Part shown: in pieces, positions 1-10,032 of the stretch | Position numbering within the stretch: position 1 is the stretch's first letter | Layout: every line of letters starts with the position of its first letter | Origin: an uncultured delta proteobacterium | GTDB lineage: Bacteria > Desulfobacterota > Desulfobacteria > Desulfobacterales > Desulfosalsimonadaceae | Direction of reading: 5' to 3' | DNA length: 64,000 nucleotides | Assembly (NCBI GenBank): GCA_963826785.1 | Contig: CAWGYD010000001.1 | Location: 816,472 to 880,471, forward strand | The notes under the pieces: model-generated | Told to the model about the DNA's origin: nothing | Seen by the model: the letters and a program-made list of their open reading frames with translations, nothing else | Databases searched by the model: none | Position numbers and translations under genes: made by a program

Positions 1-999
1 CAGGCAGGCCTTGCACAATGCGGCAATGTGATTTCCGGGCCTGAACTTGACCGGATGTCTGACCAGGATCTTTCCGACAGAATCAAGGATGTGCAGATAT
101 TCGCCCGTGTCGTCCCCGAGCAGAAGCTGCGCATCGTCAGTGCGCTGAAGGCAAACGGAGAGGTGGTGGCCATGACCGGGGATGGCGTTAATGACGCCCC
201 CGCCCTCAAGGCAGCGCATATCGGCATTGCCATGGGCGGCCGGGGAACGGATGTGGCCCGCGAGGCGGCCTCGCTGGTCCTGCTCGACGATGATTTTTCC
301 TCCATTGTGGCCGCTATTCGGCTTGGCCGGCGTATTTTCGACAATATCAAGAAGGCCGTCGCGTTTATTCTGGCGGTGCATGTGCCCATTGCCGGCCTGT
401 CCATGATCCCGGTCTTTTTTGCCGACTGGCCGTTGCTCCTTTTGCCGGTCCACATCGTTTTTCTGGAACTGATCATCGACCCCTCGTGCTCTCTTATTTT
501 TGAGGCCGAGCATGCCGAAGCCGATGTGATGAACCGGCCGCCCAGGAAACCGGATGAGCGGCTCTTCTCCATGCAGACCATCGGTATTGCCGTGATGCAG
601 GGCCTGAGCACACTTGCGGTCTGTCTGGGTGTTTTCATGCTCGCCCGCAGCAGCCATTCAGCCGGGGCCGCCCGGGCCCTGACTTTTGTGACCCTGGTGA
701 TGGCCTTTCTAATGATTATTCTGGTCAACCGGTCCTGGACAAGATCCCTGTTCGAGATGCTGCGTACGCCCAATGCCGCCCTTCACTGGGTGGTATTGGG
801 CACCAGCGTTTTCCTCGCTGTTGTCCTGTCAGTCCCTTTTGCCCGGCGAATTTTTCATTTCGCTCCCCTTCACCCGACGGATCTTATCATCAGTCTCGGG
901 GCCGGCCTGCTCTGCGTTTTGTGGTTCGAGCTGGTCAAGTTCGCCAGAAAGCGCCGCAAACCGGCCCTGCATTATGACAACCGGAGTGCCGCTCAGTAG
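1..999 (+). CDS. Cation-translocating P-type ATPase (Ca2+/Mg2+ type), C-terminal part; 5' end lies outside the window
   Basis: [33 protein letters not shown] hinge motif, C-terminal TM helices; frame open from base 1. Confidence 0.95.
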   Translation, partial: QAGLAQCGNVISGPELDRMSDQDLSDRIKDVQIFARVVPEQKLRIVSALKANGEVVAMTGDGVNDAPALKAAHIGIAMGGRGTDVAREAASLVLLDDDFSSIVAAIRLGRRIFDNIKKAVAFILAVHVPIAGLSMIPVFFADWPLLLLPVHIVFLELIIDPSCSLIFEAEHAEADVMNRPPRKPDERLFSMQTIGIAVMQGLSTLAVCLGVFMLARSSHSAGAARALTFVTLVMAFLMIILVNRSWTRSLFEMLRTPNAALHWVVLGTSVFLAVVLSVPFARRIFHFAPLHPTDLIISLGAGLLCVLWFELVKFARKRRKPALHYDNRSAAQ

Positions 1000-1413
1000 A
1001 CCGCCGTCCTGTCCAAAAAACTTTCCGGTTCGTGGAGAAAGTCTATCGACTCCATACGCAGCCTCTTATTTTCTTTGCAATGATTCTGCTTGTGCTGGTG
1101 GGGCATCTGGTTGTGGATTAAAGCGGGAAGTGCGGCCCGGCTTCTGTGCATAAATCAGCATACTGAAAGGCCATGGCCGTTATGCCCGCGGTGGAAGAAA
1201 ATAGCATGTACAAGACAATTACGGGGTAGGGATGAAGAAGGAAATACTTGCTTTCTGCATGACCTGGTCCCCGCCGGCAGTCGCTTTTTATTGTCACAGT
1301 GGTTTTCATATTCCAGAGGGCTAAAAGGGGTCTTGATTGCTATATCCGAACGAGGGCCTCCGGCACCCAGGTCGATTCTTTTAATCACAACTTCAACGGA
1401 ATAAGAGGAAAAG

Positions 1414-1962
1414 ATGAAGCCATCTTTAAAAACCAATGATTCCAGAAAATTAACACTCAATAAGAAGCAGTACTACCGATTTCATGTCTCAAGTCTTCAC
1501 CTCAGTTCGGCTTTCGGCAGTGATTGGTTTGGATTGAAGGCGGAAGCATTCGCCAGGTTTTTTGGGACGCCGACTTTTCTCATCTCCCAGACCGTGTTGG
1601 TGGGGATCTGGATCATCTCAAACGCGCTGGGCATTACCCATTTTGATGTTTACCCCTTCATTCTGCTCAATCTGGCATTCAGCCTGCAGGCGGCTTATGC
1701 GGCCCCCCTTATCCTTCTGGCGCAGACGCGGCAGGCAGATCGGGACAAGGCGCTCTCCGAGTCTGATGCCCAACATCGTGAAGCCCTGGCCCAAGCTGCC
1801 GAGCAGCGTCAGATCATTGCCGAACAGCATTCAGCCCGCATTGTCGAGTTGGTCCAGCAGAATACCGATCTGACCGAAATGATCAAGAAAATGAGTCAGC
1901 ATATCGAATCGCTGACAGTCGAGCTGCACCGCACCGTCATTGCAGAAAGAAACGCTGATTAA
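1414..1962 (+). CDS. DUF1003 family membrane protein
   Basis: FDVYPFILLNLAFSLQAAYAAPLILLAQTRQ signature followed by a coiled coil. Confidence 0.9.
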   Translation: MKPSLKTNDSRKLTLNKKQYYRFHVSSLHLSSAFGSDWFGLKAEAFARFFGTPTFLISQTVLVGIWIISNALGITHFDVYPFILLNLAFSLQAAYAAPLILLAQTRQADRDKALSESDAQHREALAQAAEQRQIIAEQHSARIVELVQQNTDLTEMIKKMSQHIESLTVELHRTVIAERNAD

Positions 1963-1970
1963 TCTTTTCG

Positions 1971-2768
1971 TCAAGAATGATTTTGGTCCACTCGGCTCAC
2001 CCGCAAAAGAGGATCCTGTCGGTAATATTCCTTAAGCACCCGATAGAGTTCAGGCGCATGTTGGTGCATTTGCCGGGGTTGATCGAAAAACTGTTCTGTG
2101 GCTACAGCAAAGAATTCAGCTTCATTGGTCGCACCATAAGAATCGAGAAATGATTTTTTTCCATGCTGGGCGTCATGCCTGAGGCGGAGATATTCAAGGG
2201 AACATATTTTCACCCAATCCTTGTATTCCTTGCGGTCCCGCATCGGCGGGGTGCCGTCGGCCGCGCCATCGAGCATATCCAGCTTGTGGGCGAATTCATG
2301 ATATATGACATTGTGGCCCAGCTCCGGATGGCGTCCGCCCTTTAGCGCAGCATCCCAGATAATGATGACAGGCCCTTGCCGGAAGGCCTGCCCGATAACG
2401 GGCCGGCTGATTTCCACAGGCGCCACGACATTTTCAAAAAAGCCCGGATGATGCTGAGGCGGAATGACCGTAGAGGGGTAAACGATGATAGATTGAACAT
2501 TCCGATAATAGTCATGAGGGATCCCCAGCAGCAATAGACAAGCCTGGGCGGATATGGTGACCCGTATCTCATCGCTAAGCACCAGCCCCCCGGCCCCCTC
2601 CCAGTTTTTTTCGGCGATGAAAACTTGAATCAAAGCACGCAACTGTGCGCGTTCATCAGAATTCAGCATGCAATAATGAGCCACATTATGCTGGATAATG
2701 GCTTCCCATGAGGAAGGAAATGGAGTTGCCATTAATTTTTTGCGCCGACCATGATCAAAAAAGCGCAT
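1971..2768 (-). CDS. MtfA-like zinc peptidase (M90 family)
   Basis: HNVIYHEFAHKLD, YGATNEAEFFAVATEQFF. Confidence 0.92.
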   Translation of the reverse strand: MRFFDHGRRKKLMATPFPSSWEAIIQHNVAHYCMLNSDERAQLRALIQVFIAEKNWEGAGGLVLSDEIRVTISAQACLLLLGIPHDYYRNVQSIIVYPSTVIPPQHHPGFFENVVAPVEISRPVIGQAFRQGPVIIIWDAALKGGRHPELGHNVIYHEFAHKLDMLDGAADGTPPMRDRKEYKDWVKICSLEYLRLRHDAQHGKKSFLDSYGATNEAEFFAVATEQFFDQPRQMHQHAPELYRVLKEYYRQDPLLRVSRVDQNHS

Positions 2769-2893
2769 GTTTTGATCCTCATCAAATTTAATTGAAACAG
2801 AAACCGGGAAAGATTGAATCTGTTCACTCTTTTACAAGATGCCAAATATCCAGGCAATAATTATCGAAGATTATGATAGAGACTGTATTCGAT

Positions 2894-2932
2894 AGGCGAC
2901 CCTCTTAGCTTGAAAGAGAAGAGGGTCGCCTT
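2894..2932 (-). terminator. Hairpin, likely terminator of the nucleotidase gene
   Basis: aggcgaccctctt ... aagagggtcgcct inverted repeat just past the stop at 2944. Confidence 0.55.
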
Positions 2933-2943
2933 GGAAAAAATAC

Positions 2944-5136
2944 TTATGGCGTCACATAGGTTACCCGCCCAAGGGCAGTCCCTTCGGGGCCATAGACAAC
3001 CGCGGGAACGGCGCCGCCGAATGTCGGGAGATAGTTGAGCAGGGCCATCCATTCCTTGAGTTCCATCACGCCGGCATCAGGAGTGGCATCGATGCGGTAG
3101 TTGATGAAGTCGGCTGACGCAAGGGGCGTTCCATCCGCCTTTTTGGGCTCAAGAGGGAATCCGTAGCCGGTAACCACGTTGAGCATCTGCAGGGCATAGA
3201 GGTCGACGGCTATGTGGTAGAGCCTGTCCGGATCAAATGGGTTGATAAATACCGGTGTACCGGTGCAGAACGGGTCGGCCGGCGAATAGAGGTACACGGC
3301 CTGAACCCCGTGAAAACTCGCCGCCTGGGAAGGATCATAGACGATGTTGAGCCCCGAAAAATTCAGGTAATAATCCGACCCGATCATCCGGGAAAGCGTC
3401 ATCCCGACCTCGCACATGGTGTAGACTTCCATGCCGTTCAAGTATGCATGCATTAATGGGTAACCGGGAGGGGATGTCTGGTAGGGGGAAATCCCCAGGG
3501 GCAGGCAGTTGTAGGTGTCCATAAAGGATATCACCCCCGTGTTTCCGGCAAGGATCGGATCACGGATCACCCCGCTGGGCACAACACCGATCTCGACGGG
3601 GCTGGCCGGATAATTAAACGGCGCCACTGCATTGGCCACGTTTCGCACCGCGTCCGCGCAGAGGCTGCCCAGTCCGGTCACCTGGAAGGGGGCAAGATTA
3701 AGGTCGAAGCCGGTGGTGGAGACGGGATCGCTCAATGTCGGCAGGCCGGAATCGGTAAGCGTCGCATCGATGGCGGCATTATAACCTGCCACCATCCCCT
3801 GAACAGTGGAATTCCCCGGCACCGTATCGTTTACATCCAGCAGGTTTAACTCAAACCCCACCACCCGGTCCAGGTCCGGGCTGAAGATTGCATCAAGCCG
3901 GCTCAAGTACTCGCCATACTCGCCGGGAGAAAAGATGATGGTGTTGGAACCGCCTGTCACCACCGCCTCATGAGTGGCCGTGTGGAAGTGCCCGGAAGCA
4001 ATGATATCGATACCGGAGACATTTTCGGCCAGGTCGGCATCGTCTCCGGTCCCGTTGTTTTCCACTCCGCCGTGGGACAGGACCACCACCAGATCAACCC
4101 CGTCGTTGTCTCGCAGATCGTTGACGCAACTCTGGATGAATGCATAATCGTGATTGAAGGTCACCGGCGTAGCCACGGGGGCCTTTTCATCTGAATCGGG
4201 GCCTGTCAGCCCGAGAAGTCCGATTTTGATGCCGTTGGGCAGTGTCATGATCTTCTTGCTGACGATTGTGCCTGACGGAAGATAATCGAGTGCTGAACCA
4301 TTTGAAGCCATATTAGAAGCCACGATGGGCACCGAAAATCCGTTAGCCAGCCCGTTTCCCAGCAGCATCGCCAATCCCTGGGGCCCCCAGTCGAATTCAT
4401 GGTTGCCGAGGGTGACCGCATCGTATCCCATCGCCTGGAAAAACTGGAGAATAATGGGATTGTCGGCGGCAAGATCATAGGCGGTTCCCATGAAGAAATC
4501 CCCGGAATCAAACAGCAGCGTGGGGATTCCAGCCGCTGCCTGACTCTGCCGGACCATGCCGATCAAGGTCGCCAGCCGGGCGAATCCGCCCCGGATGCCG
4601 TCATCGTTTAGAGTAAGCGGGGTGTAATCAATAAACGGTCCATACCCGCTGGCATGGTCATGGACATCTGAGGTCTGCATGATCGTGAACTGCAGATCAT
4701 TCTTCCCCGCCAGAATGACTTTGACCGTATCGGTCCCGGTAAAGGTGTCTGTATCGGTCAGGCTGCCGGAGACCGTTAGTGTCTGGAGCCCCAAAAATAA
4801 ATGGTCTTGAAGCTCCTGGCGGTCGAATTTGACCATCAGGTCGGGAACGCCGTCCTCGTCATAGTCGCCGATGCAGGTCGGCTCGGATTTAGCGGATATG
4901 TCGGTCCCGTTCGCTTTCAGGGCGACCGTGTTGACATCGATATCGGCGACATCGTAAGTATCAGGCAGCTCGATATAGGCGGTTACATTGTTGCCATTTG
5001 AATTCAGGATGATGGTTTTGGGGTTCAGGTCCACTACCGAAGAGATGATACCGGCCGCTGCATCAGCCGGATGCATTCCGGTGAACGCGGCAAAATACAA
5101 AATGCCAAGCGCCAGTGTTGTAATCGCTTTTTTCAT
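2944..5136 (-). CDS. Exported bifunctional metallophosphatase / 5'-nucleotidase with an extra N-terminal Ca-binding-like domain
   Basis: Signal peptide; TSDVH, DSGDFF, LGNHEFD, LSHGG and GHFH metallophosphoesterase motifs; 5'-NT C-domain (GVIRDPI, FSGL); N-domain with DYDEDGVPDLMVKFD; GGAGG RBS before ATG 5136. Confidence 0.9.
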   Translation of the reverse strand: MKKAITTLALGILYFAAFTGMHPADAAAGIISSVVDLNPKTIILNSNGNNVTAYIELPDTYDVADIDVNTVALKANGTDISAKSEPTCIGDYDEDGVPDLMVKFDRQELQDHLFLGLQTLTVSGSLTDTDTFTGTDTVKVILAGKNDLQFTIMQTSDVHDHASGYGPFIDYTPLTLNDDGIRGGFARLATLIGMVRQSQAAAGIPTLLFDSGDFFMGTAYDLAADNPIILQFFQAMGYDAVTLGNHEFDWGPQGLAMLLGNGLANGFSVPIVASNMASNGSALDYLPSGTIVSKKIMTLPNGIKIGLLGLTGPDSDEKAPVATPVTFNHDYAFIQSCVNDLRDNDGVDLVVVLSHGGVENNGTGDDADLAENVSGIDIIASGHFHTATHEAVVTGGSNTIIFSPGEYGEYLSRLDAIFSPDLDRVVGFELNLLDVNDTVPGNSTVQGMVAGYNAAIDATLTDSGLPTLSDPVSTTGFDLNLAPFQVTGLGSLCADAVRNVANAVAPFNYPASPVEIGVVPSGVIRDPILAGNTGVISFMDTYNCLPLGISPYQTSPPGYPLMHAYLNGMEVYTMCEVGMTLSRMIGSDYYLNFSGLNIVYDPSQAASFHGVQAVYLYSPADPFCTGTPVFINPFDPDRLYHIAVDLYALQMLNVVTGYGFPLEPKKADGTPLASADFINYRIDATPDAGVMELKEWMALLNYLPTFGGAVPAVVYGPEGTALGRVTYVTP

Positions 5137-5371
5137 AAGATACCTCCATTTGCGGACCTTCATAGTCCGCCATCATGTGATTGGCAAAAAAAACGAAATC
5201 TGATAAAGATCCGCCTGTCTGCCTTGCGGGGGGATCCCGGGTATGCGGATTAGATACAGGAAGAAATCGTGTGTATAGAATATTTCTGGTGTTCATTTCA
5301 TTTCTTTCCTTTGATTCAAACCAATCGTAAAAACCATAACCGACAGAAAAGGACTTTGTCGGTTTCAGGAA

Positions 5372-5409
5372 AATAAAAAAGCCGGGCGCTTTTCAGGCAA
5401 CCCGGCTTT
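5372..5409 (-). terminator. Intrinsic terminator overlapping the riboswitch 3' strand (expression platform)
   Basis: Minus strand AAAGCCGGG-ttgcctgaaaagcg-CCCGGCTTT followed by TTTATTT. Confidence 0.75.
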
Positions 5410-5468
5410 CTAAATAGATCCGTGGCTTTCCGTCTCCGAATTACATTCGGAGTTGGCTTTTTCTGATC
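5392..5468 (-). ncRNA. c-di-GMP-I (GEMM-I) riboswitch
   Basis: Minus strand tcagaaaaaGCCAACTCCGAATGTAATTCGGAGACGGAAAGCCACGGATCT...AAAGCCGGGTTGCCtga: GNRA-capped P2, GACGGAAAG core, P3, P1 tcag/ctga. Confidence 0.88.
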
Positions 5469-5658
5469 TGTCGAGACGATATATTATGTGGTATTTCAAT
5501 TATGAGGTACTGATAAGCAATATGTCAAATATCCATTGTGCTAAGCGAATGGGGAAAGGTATGCAATATCAAGGGCTCAGATCATTGACAGGCTGGCATA
5601 GCGACGCCCTTGCGGGCACATTCCCAACTTAGTGAATCACTTATCTCACATGCGGAAA

Positions 5659-6297
5659 ATGGCAAATCAAAGGTCAGGTCGGCGAAAGTATTACGATATC
5701 TTTTCCCACTTCTATGATGGATTTATAAGGCTGCATTCCCGCAATGACAATGCGGAAACCCGCGCCTTTTTAGTCGATTCGGCAGGGCTTGAGGGCCAGA
5801 AAAGCCCCGGCGTCCTGGATGTCTGCTGCGGCACCGGATCGGTGATTCTGGCGTTTGCGGAGCGGTTTGCCGAGATTGTACCCGTGGGCTGTGATTTTTC
5901 CCGGGGCATGCTGCGCCGGGCGCAGGAGAAGGACGCTTCCGGCAGACTGATCCTGGTGGAGGGGGATGCCGCGGCGCTGCCGTTTGAAAGCGACCTGTTC
6001 GATGCGGTCTGCTGCTCCCATGCGCTCTATGAACTGAAAGGCCGGGCCAGGGAAGCGGCGCTTTTTGAAATGCGGCGGGTGGTCAAGCCCGGCGGCCGGG
6101 TGCTGATCATGGAGCATGAAGTCCCGGCCAAATTGTGGGTCAGGGTTCTGTTTCACATCCGGATGCGGATGGTGGGGTCAAAGGAGGCTTCCGCGTTTTT
6201 AAGGCAGGGCAGGGCGGCCTTCGAGAAAATCTTTGCCGAAGTCTCCCTGTCGCACACCCCGTCCGGAAAAAGCCGGCTGTTTACGTGCCGGAAATAA
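5659..6297 (+). CDS. Class I SAM-dependent methyltransferase (UbiE-like)
   Basis: VLDVCCGTG, GDAAALPFESDLFD, EMRRVVKPGG. Confidence 0.9.
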   Translation: MANQRSGRRKYYDIFSHFYDGFIRLHSRNDNAETRAFLVDSAGLEGQKSPGVLDVCCGTGSVILAFAERFAEIVPVGCDFSRGMLRRAQEKDASGRLILVEGDAAALPFESDLFDAVCCSHALYELKGRAREAALFEMRRVVKPGGRVLIMEHEVPAKLWVRVLFHIRMRMVGSKEASAFLRQGRAAFEKIFAEVSLSHTPSGKSRLFTCRK

Positions 6298-6382
6298 GCA
6301 ATTCGCGTTTTGCCGCCCACATCAAAAAATCCGCCTGACCGACACCCGAAGGGCTTTTTAAACTTCCGGCTTGCATCATTTA

Positions 6383-6396
6383 TGAGTATATGCTTA
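6383..6396. promoter_or_regulatory. TGAGCATATGCTCA-type palindromic operator, copy 1
   Basis: TGAGTATATGCTTA upstream of the DUF364 gene; motif recurs at 8349, 13794, 19677, 19727 and 19843. Confidence 0.6.
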
Positions 6397-6477
6397 TTAT
6401 TCAAAATCAGTATCGAGAAAACAGTTACATCCCCGGTTTCGGTTTCAAAATTTCTGAAAGGTACGATCGAAAAATCA

Positions 6478-7194
6478 ATGGATATTTATGAGCAATTGAA
6501 ACAGGCGCTGAAAGAACAGATCCGCACCCGCCACCTTGCCGGAAAGCGGATTCACGTCAACTGCCGCGCCCTTTCCGCCCGGGAGGCCATCGGCGACCCC
6601 GAGCACGACGATTACCCCATCATCAAGGGCAAAGAATCGATGGTGGAGGCCGAGTTCTGCGGCGCCAGGGGCCAGGCGTTCTCTGATGATTTTGAAAACA
6701 CCACCCTCGATATCGAGGATCTGCTCAGTCTCGATCTGGATTCGAACCGATCCAGGGCCACGTTTGTCGCCGCTTTGAATGCGATTTACCGGCATCTCGG
6801 ACTGATCGAAAAGACGGTGCACTGCCGGGACCAGGAGCCCGTGGAATGCGCCTCGCATCTTTCCGACATCATCGCCCCGGGGAAAAGGGTGCTTCTGGTG
6901 GGGCACCAGCCCAGATTTCTGGAAGCGCTTTCGGCAGGCAATCGGGTGCGGGCGGTGGATATGGATGCAGGCAATATCGGCAAAGCATTTTCCGGCATCA
7001 TCATAGAGCCGCCGGAAAACACCGATGATGCCATCGGGTGGGCGGATTTGATCTTCGCCACCGGCTCAACCCTGGTAAACGGCACTATTACGGTGCTTTT
7101 GAACCAGGATACGCCGGTGATCTTTTACGGGGTGAGTATTTCAGCGGCGGCCAGGATTTTGGGCCTTAATGTCTACTGCCGGTGCGGTCATTGA
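6478..7194 (+). CDS. DUF364 / Rossmann-like putative heavy-metal chelation protein
   Basis: EAIGDPEHDDYPIIKGKE, FVAALNA, TVHCRD..C, ATGSTLVNGTI. Confidence 0.8.
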   Translation: MDIYEQLKQALKEQIRTRHLAGKRIHVNCRALSAREAIGDPEHDDYPIIKGKESMVEAEFCGARGQAFSDDFENTTLDIEDLLSLDLDSNRSRATFVAALNAIYRHLGLIEKTVHCRDQEPVECASHLSDIIAPGKRVLLVGHQPRFLEALSAGNRVRAVDMDAGNIGKAFSGIIIEPPENTDDAIGWADLIFATGSTLVNGTITVLLNQDTPVIFYGVSISAAARILGLNVYCRCGH

Positions 7195-7216
7195 TGGATG
7201 CCAGAAAGGATTTCAA

Positions 7217-7570
7217 ATGAAATGTCAAAAATGCGAAGTGGAGATAAAGGCGGATGACGCCATGGAAATCCATGGACAGGTCGTCTGCGAAGATTGTTAT
7301 ATCGATATGATGGCAAAACCGAAAACCTGTGATCCATGGGCGGTTTACAGCGCCAAAAACCTGGAGTCCCTGTCCGGCTCCAATATAACGGAATCACAGC
7401 AGGCGATCATCGATTATCTGGAAAAAAACGGGCCGACTCCGCCGGAAAAACTCGCCTCCGATCTGAACCTGAGCCTCTCCGAGTTCGAGCGGGAAATGGC
7501 CGCCCTGCGGCACATGGAAAAAATACGGGCCCAGCTGCAGGAAGGCCGCAAGGTGATCTGCCTCTGGTAG
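7217..7570 (+). CDS. Conserved hypothetical protein with N-terminal CxxC...CxxC Zn ribbon and C-terminal winged-HTH-like region
   Basis: CQKC...CEDC, CDPWAV, EFEREMAALRHMEK; RBS AAGGA. Confidence 0.75.
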   Translation: MKCQKCEVEIKADDAMEIHGQVVCEDCYIDMMAKPKTCDPWAVYSAKNLESLSGSNITESQQAIIDYLEKNGPTPPEKLASDLNLSLSEFEREMAALRHMEKIRAQLQEGRKVICLW

Positions 7571-7722
7571 CGGCGATTCGCAAATCCGGTACCGCAAAAT
7601 TCCCCGCCAGGGGCGCACTTGTCAGTGGCGACGCTATATGGCGTTCAATGTGCCCTTATGGGCGCGGGACACGACGAACGGGTTGTTCAAGAAATGACGC
7701 CGCAGAGAACCCGTAATCGGAC

Positions 7723-8274
7723 TCACGACAGATCGATCTCCAGGTCCCGGTGGATCTTTTTCATCCATTCGGGTATTTTCCGGTCGTCCGCTTTGTAAAA
7801 AGGCTGCACATAGGGCTTGATGTCGATAATGGGGCTGCCGTCCACCGCGTCCAGTCCCTTTACGTTCAGCACATTGCCGTTGCGGCCGAGCAGCGGTACG
7901 GCCGACACCAGCACGGGATTGGGCCGGGCCGGGCTGCAGGTGGCGAAAATTCCCTGCAGGGGCAGGTCTTTGCGCCCCATGGGGTGCACCTTCTGAAGTT
8001 CCCGGCGCCCCGGTTCCACCAGGTGCGGCCAGTAAAGCACCAGGATGTGCGAAAAATCCTCGATGCCGTCCAGCAGGGCCGTCCATTTCGAAAAGATGAT
8101 CAGTTCGCTGGTGCCCGCTTTGACCTTTTCGTGGTTTTCGCGGATTTTTTCAATCCGCTCCTCAAGCGCAATTCCTGATTCGCCCGCCGTCAGAAAGGGC
8201 TTTTTGATGCTGCTGCTCACCCGGCCGATGGGGGTCAGCTGCATTTCCGGCCAGTTGTTCTGAATGTCGTCCAT
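7723..8274 (-). CDS. tsaA: TsaA/TrmO-family tRNA m6t6A37 methyltransferase-like protein
   Basis: PIGRV, FSHILVLYW, GIFATCSPARPNP, GLDAVDGSPIIDIKPY. Confidence 0.88.
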   Translation of the reverse strand: MDDIQNNWPEMQLTPIGRVSSSIKKPFLTAGESGIALEERIEKIRENHEKVKAGTSELIIFSKWTALLDGIEDFSHILVLYWPHLVEPGRRELQKVHPMGRKDLPLQGIFATCSPARPNPVLVSAVPLLGRNGNVLNVKGLDAVDGSPIIDIKPYVQPFYKADDRKIPEWMKKIHRDLEIDLS

Positions 8275-8348
8275 TCGGAATTCTCCTTTGAAGAATATTG
8301 ATCAACATCATAAATATTGGCAGAGTTTGACTTGAAATTCAAGTTTTA

Positions 8349-8362
8349 TGAGCATATGCTTA
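8349..8362. promoter_or_regulatory. Palindromic operator, copy 2 (between divergent tsaA and the MBL gene)
   Basis: TGAGCATATGCTTA. Confidence 0.7.
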
Positions 8363-8456
8363 AAAACTAAGCATAGCACGCGAAGGGGGAAAAAGAAATT
8401 TCTGGTCATCGGCGCAGATGCCGCAGGAGTCACGGGCAACACAGAAGGATCCGTTC

Positions 8457-9143
8457 ATGAAAATCACCATCCTCTATGACAATACCGCATGGGATAAAGA
8501 TCTGATCGCCGACTGGGGCTTTGCCTGCCTGGTGGAGGCCCACGGCCGGTGCGTATTGTTTGACACCGGCGCCAGGTGGCCCATTCTTGATACGAACATG
8601 AAGACACTCGGCATCGATTCTTCCCGGATCGACTGCGTCTTTATCTCGCATGACCACTGGGACCACACCGGCGGGCTTGCCGGGATGCTCAAGCAAATCC
8701 GGGTTCCGGTCTATGTCCCCGATTCCTTCAAGGGCGCCGGCAATATCGACGGCGCAGTCAGCATCCTGGAATCGCAGGCGATCGGTGAACATATTTTCTC
8801 CACGGGGGAGCTCAAGCACATCGAGCAGGCGCTTGTCATCCAAAACGGGGATGAACTGGTCGTGGTGGCCGGGTGCGCCCACCCGGGCGTGGGAGAGATT
8901 CTCGCAGCCGCATCGGAATTCGGAACTGTCGCCCACCTGGTCGGCGGATTGCACGGGTTTGATCAATTTTCCCTGGCCAATGATCTGAAAAGCATCTGCC
9001 CCACCCACTGCACCCGGCACATCCGGGAGATTGCCGCCTACTGCCCGGACAAATACATCCCCGGCGGCGCAGGAAAGGTCATTTCAATTGATCAGACCGG
9101 CGGAATCAACCCGGACGCTAAACAGGCAGTAAATCCTCCATGA
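8457..9143 (+). CDS. MBL-fold metallo-hydrolase (MJ0448-like family)
   Basis: LFDTG, SHDHWDHTGG, GCAHPG, GGLH, PTHCT. Confidence 0.9.
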   Translation: MKITILYDNTAWDKDLIADWGFACLVEAHGRCVLFDTGARWPILDTNMKTLGIDSSRIDCVFISHDHWDHTGGLAGMLKQIRVPVYVPDSFKGAGNIDGAVSILESQAIGEHIFSTGELKHIEQALVIQNGDELVVVAGCAHPGVGEILAAASEFGTVAHLVGGLHGFDQFSLANDLKSICPTHCTRHIREIAAYCPDKYIPGGAGKVISIDQTGGINPDAKQAVNPP

Positions 9144-9664
9144 GAAAAGGATATGTCCAAATCTATACCGGCGACGGCAAAGGAAAAACCACGGCAGCCC
9201 TGGGTCTGGCCCTTCGTGCGGCCGGCGCCGGCCTGAAAGTCTATTTCGGCCAGTTCTTAAAGAAATGGGACTACTGCGAGTTAAAAGCCCCGGAGCGCTG
9301 CGCAGACCTGATCACCATCGAGCAGTTCGGCAGCGGTGAACACATCATCGGCGCCCCCAAACCGCAGGACATCGAAGCCGCCCGGCGCGGCGTGTCCGCG
9401 GTCCGCGAGGCCATGGCCTCCGGCAGATGCGACATGGTGGTCATGGACGAGGCCGGCGTGGCCGAACACTTCGGCGTCATCCCAACCGGCGAGATCCTGA
9501 AGATCATCAGAGAAAAGCCGGACAGCATGGAGCTGGTCATCACCGGCCGATGGGTTTCGGAACAAATCCTCGTCGCGGCCGACCTGGTCACCGAAATGAA
9601 AATGATCCGCCACTACTACAACAAACCCCTGTGCGCCCGGGCGCGCAAAGGGATCGAAAACTGA
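9140..9664 (+). CDS. cobO: Cob(I)yrinic acid a,c-diamide adenosyltransferase (CobO/BtuR)
   Basis: YTGDGKGKTTAALG, QFLK, ELVITGR, ADLVTEM, ARKGIE. Confidence 0.92.
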   Translation: MRKGYVQIYTGDGKGKTTAALGLALRAAGAGLKVYFGQFLKKWDYCELKAPERCADLITIEQFGSGEHIIGAPKPQDIEAARRGVSAVREAMASGRCDMVVMDEAGVAEHFGVIPTGEILKIIREKPDSMELVITGRWVSEQILVAADLVTEMKMIRHYYNKPLCARARKGIEN

Positions 9665-10004
9665 TTGTCGGCCCCTGAGACCCGGAACCGCCCCTTCCGA
9701 TTTGTCCTTCCTGGGATGCCGGAGTTTCCAAAATTTCCTTCTTCAAAGCACCAGATCTGTTTGCCCCCGCGTAAAAATATCTCTTTAAATCGATATGTTT
9801 AATTGATATGCTCGAAGCAAAAGACAGAAGAAAATGACCATTTGGTCATTTACCATGAAAGCAACATATTGGAGAATGTGATATCGAGAACTTTTTCTGA
9901 ATATCACCCTTCTGAAGTGAGATATTGACCGAATTCGCTCGATATGAAGATTTCGTAAGCGAATTGGCTGTAAAATTAATGAGCGATTAGTACATTCATT
10001 TCTT

Positions 10005-10011
10005 GTTGGGC
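10005..10011 (+). other. GTTGGGC core site at the head of the cassette array (attI-like or truncated attC)
   Basis: Same GTTRRRY core as the three attC sites, 21 bp before the first cassette ATG, with no matching RYYYAAC arm upstream. Confidence 0.5.
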
Positions 10012-10032
10012 GTATAAACAAGGGAGGGAAAT

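Noticed and set aside
1090..1404. ORFs between the ATPase and DUF1003
   Set aside because: No RBS or recognisable motif, and they overlap on both strands; probably non-coding.
5392..5468. 3',3'-cGAMP-specific riboswitch variant
   Set aside because: The specificity position appears to be G in both aptamers, not A; this was aligned by eye only.
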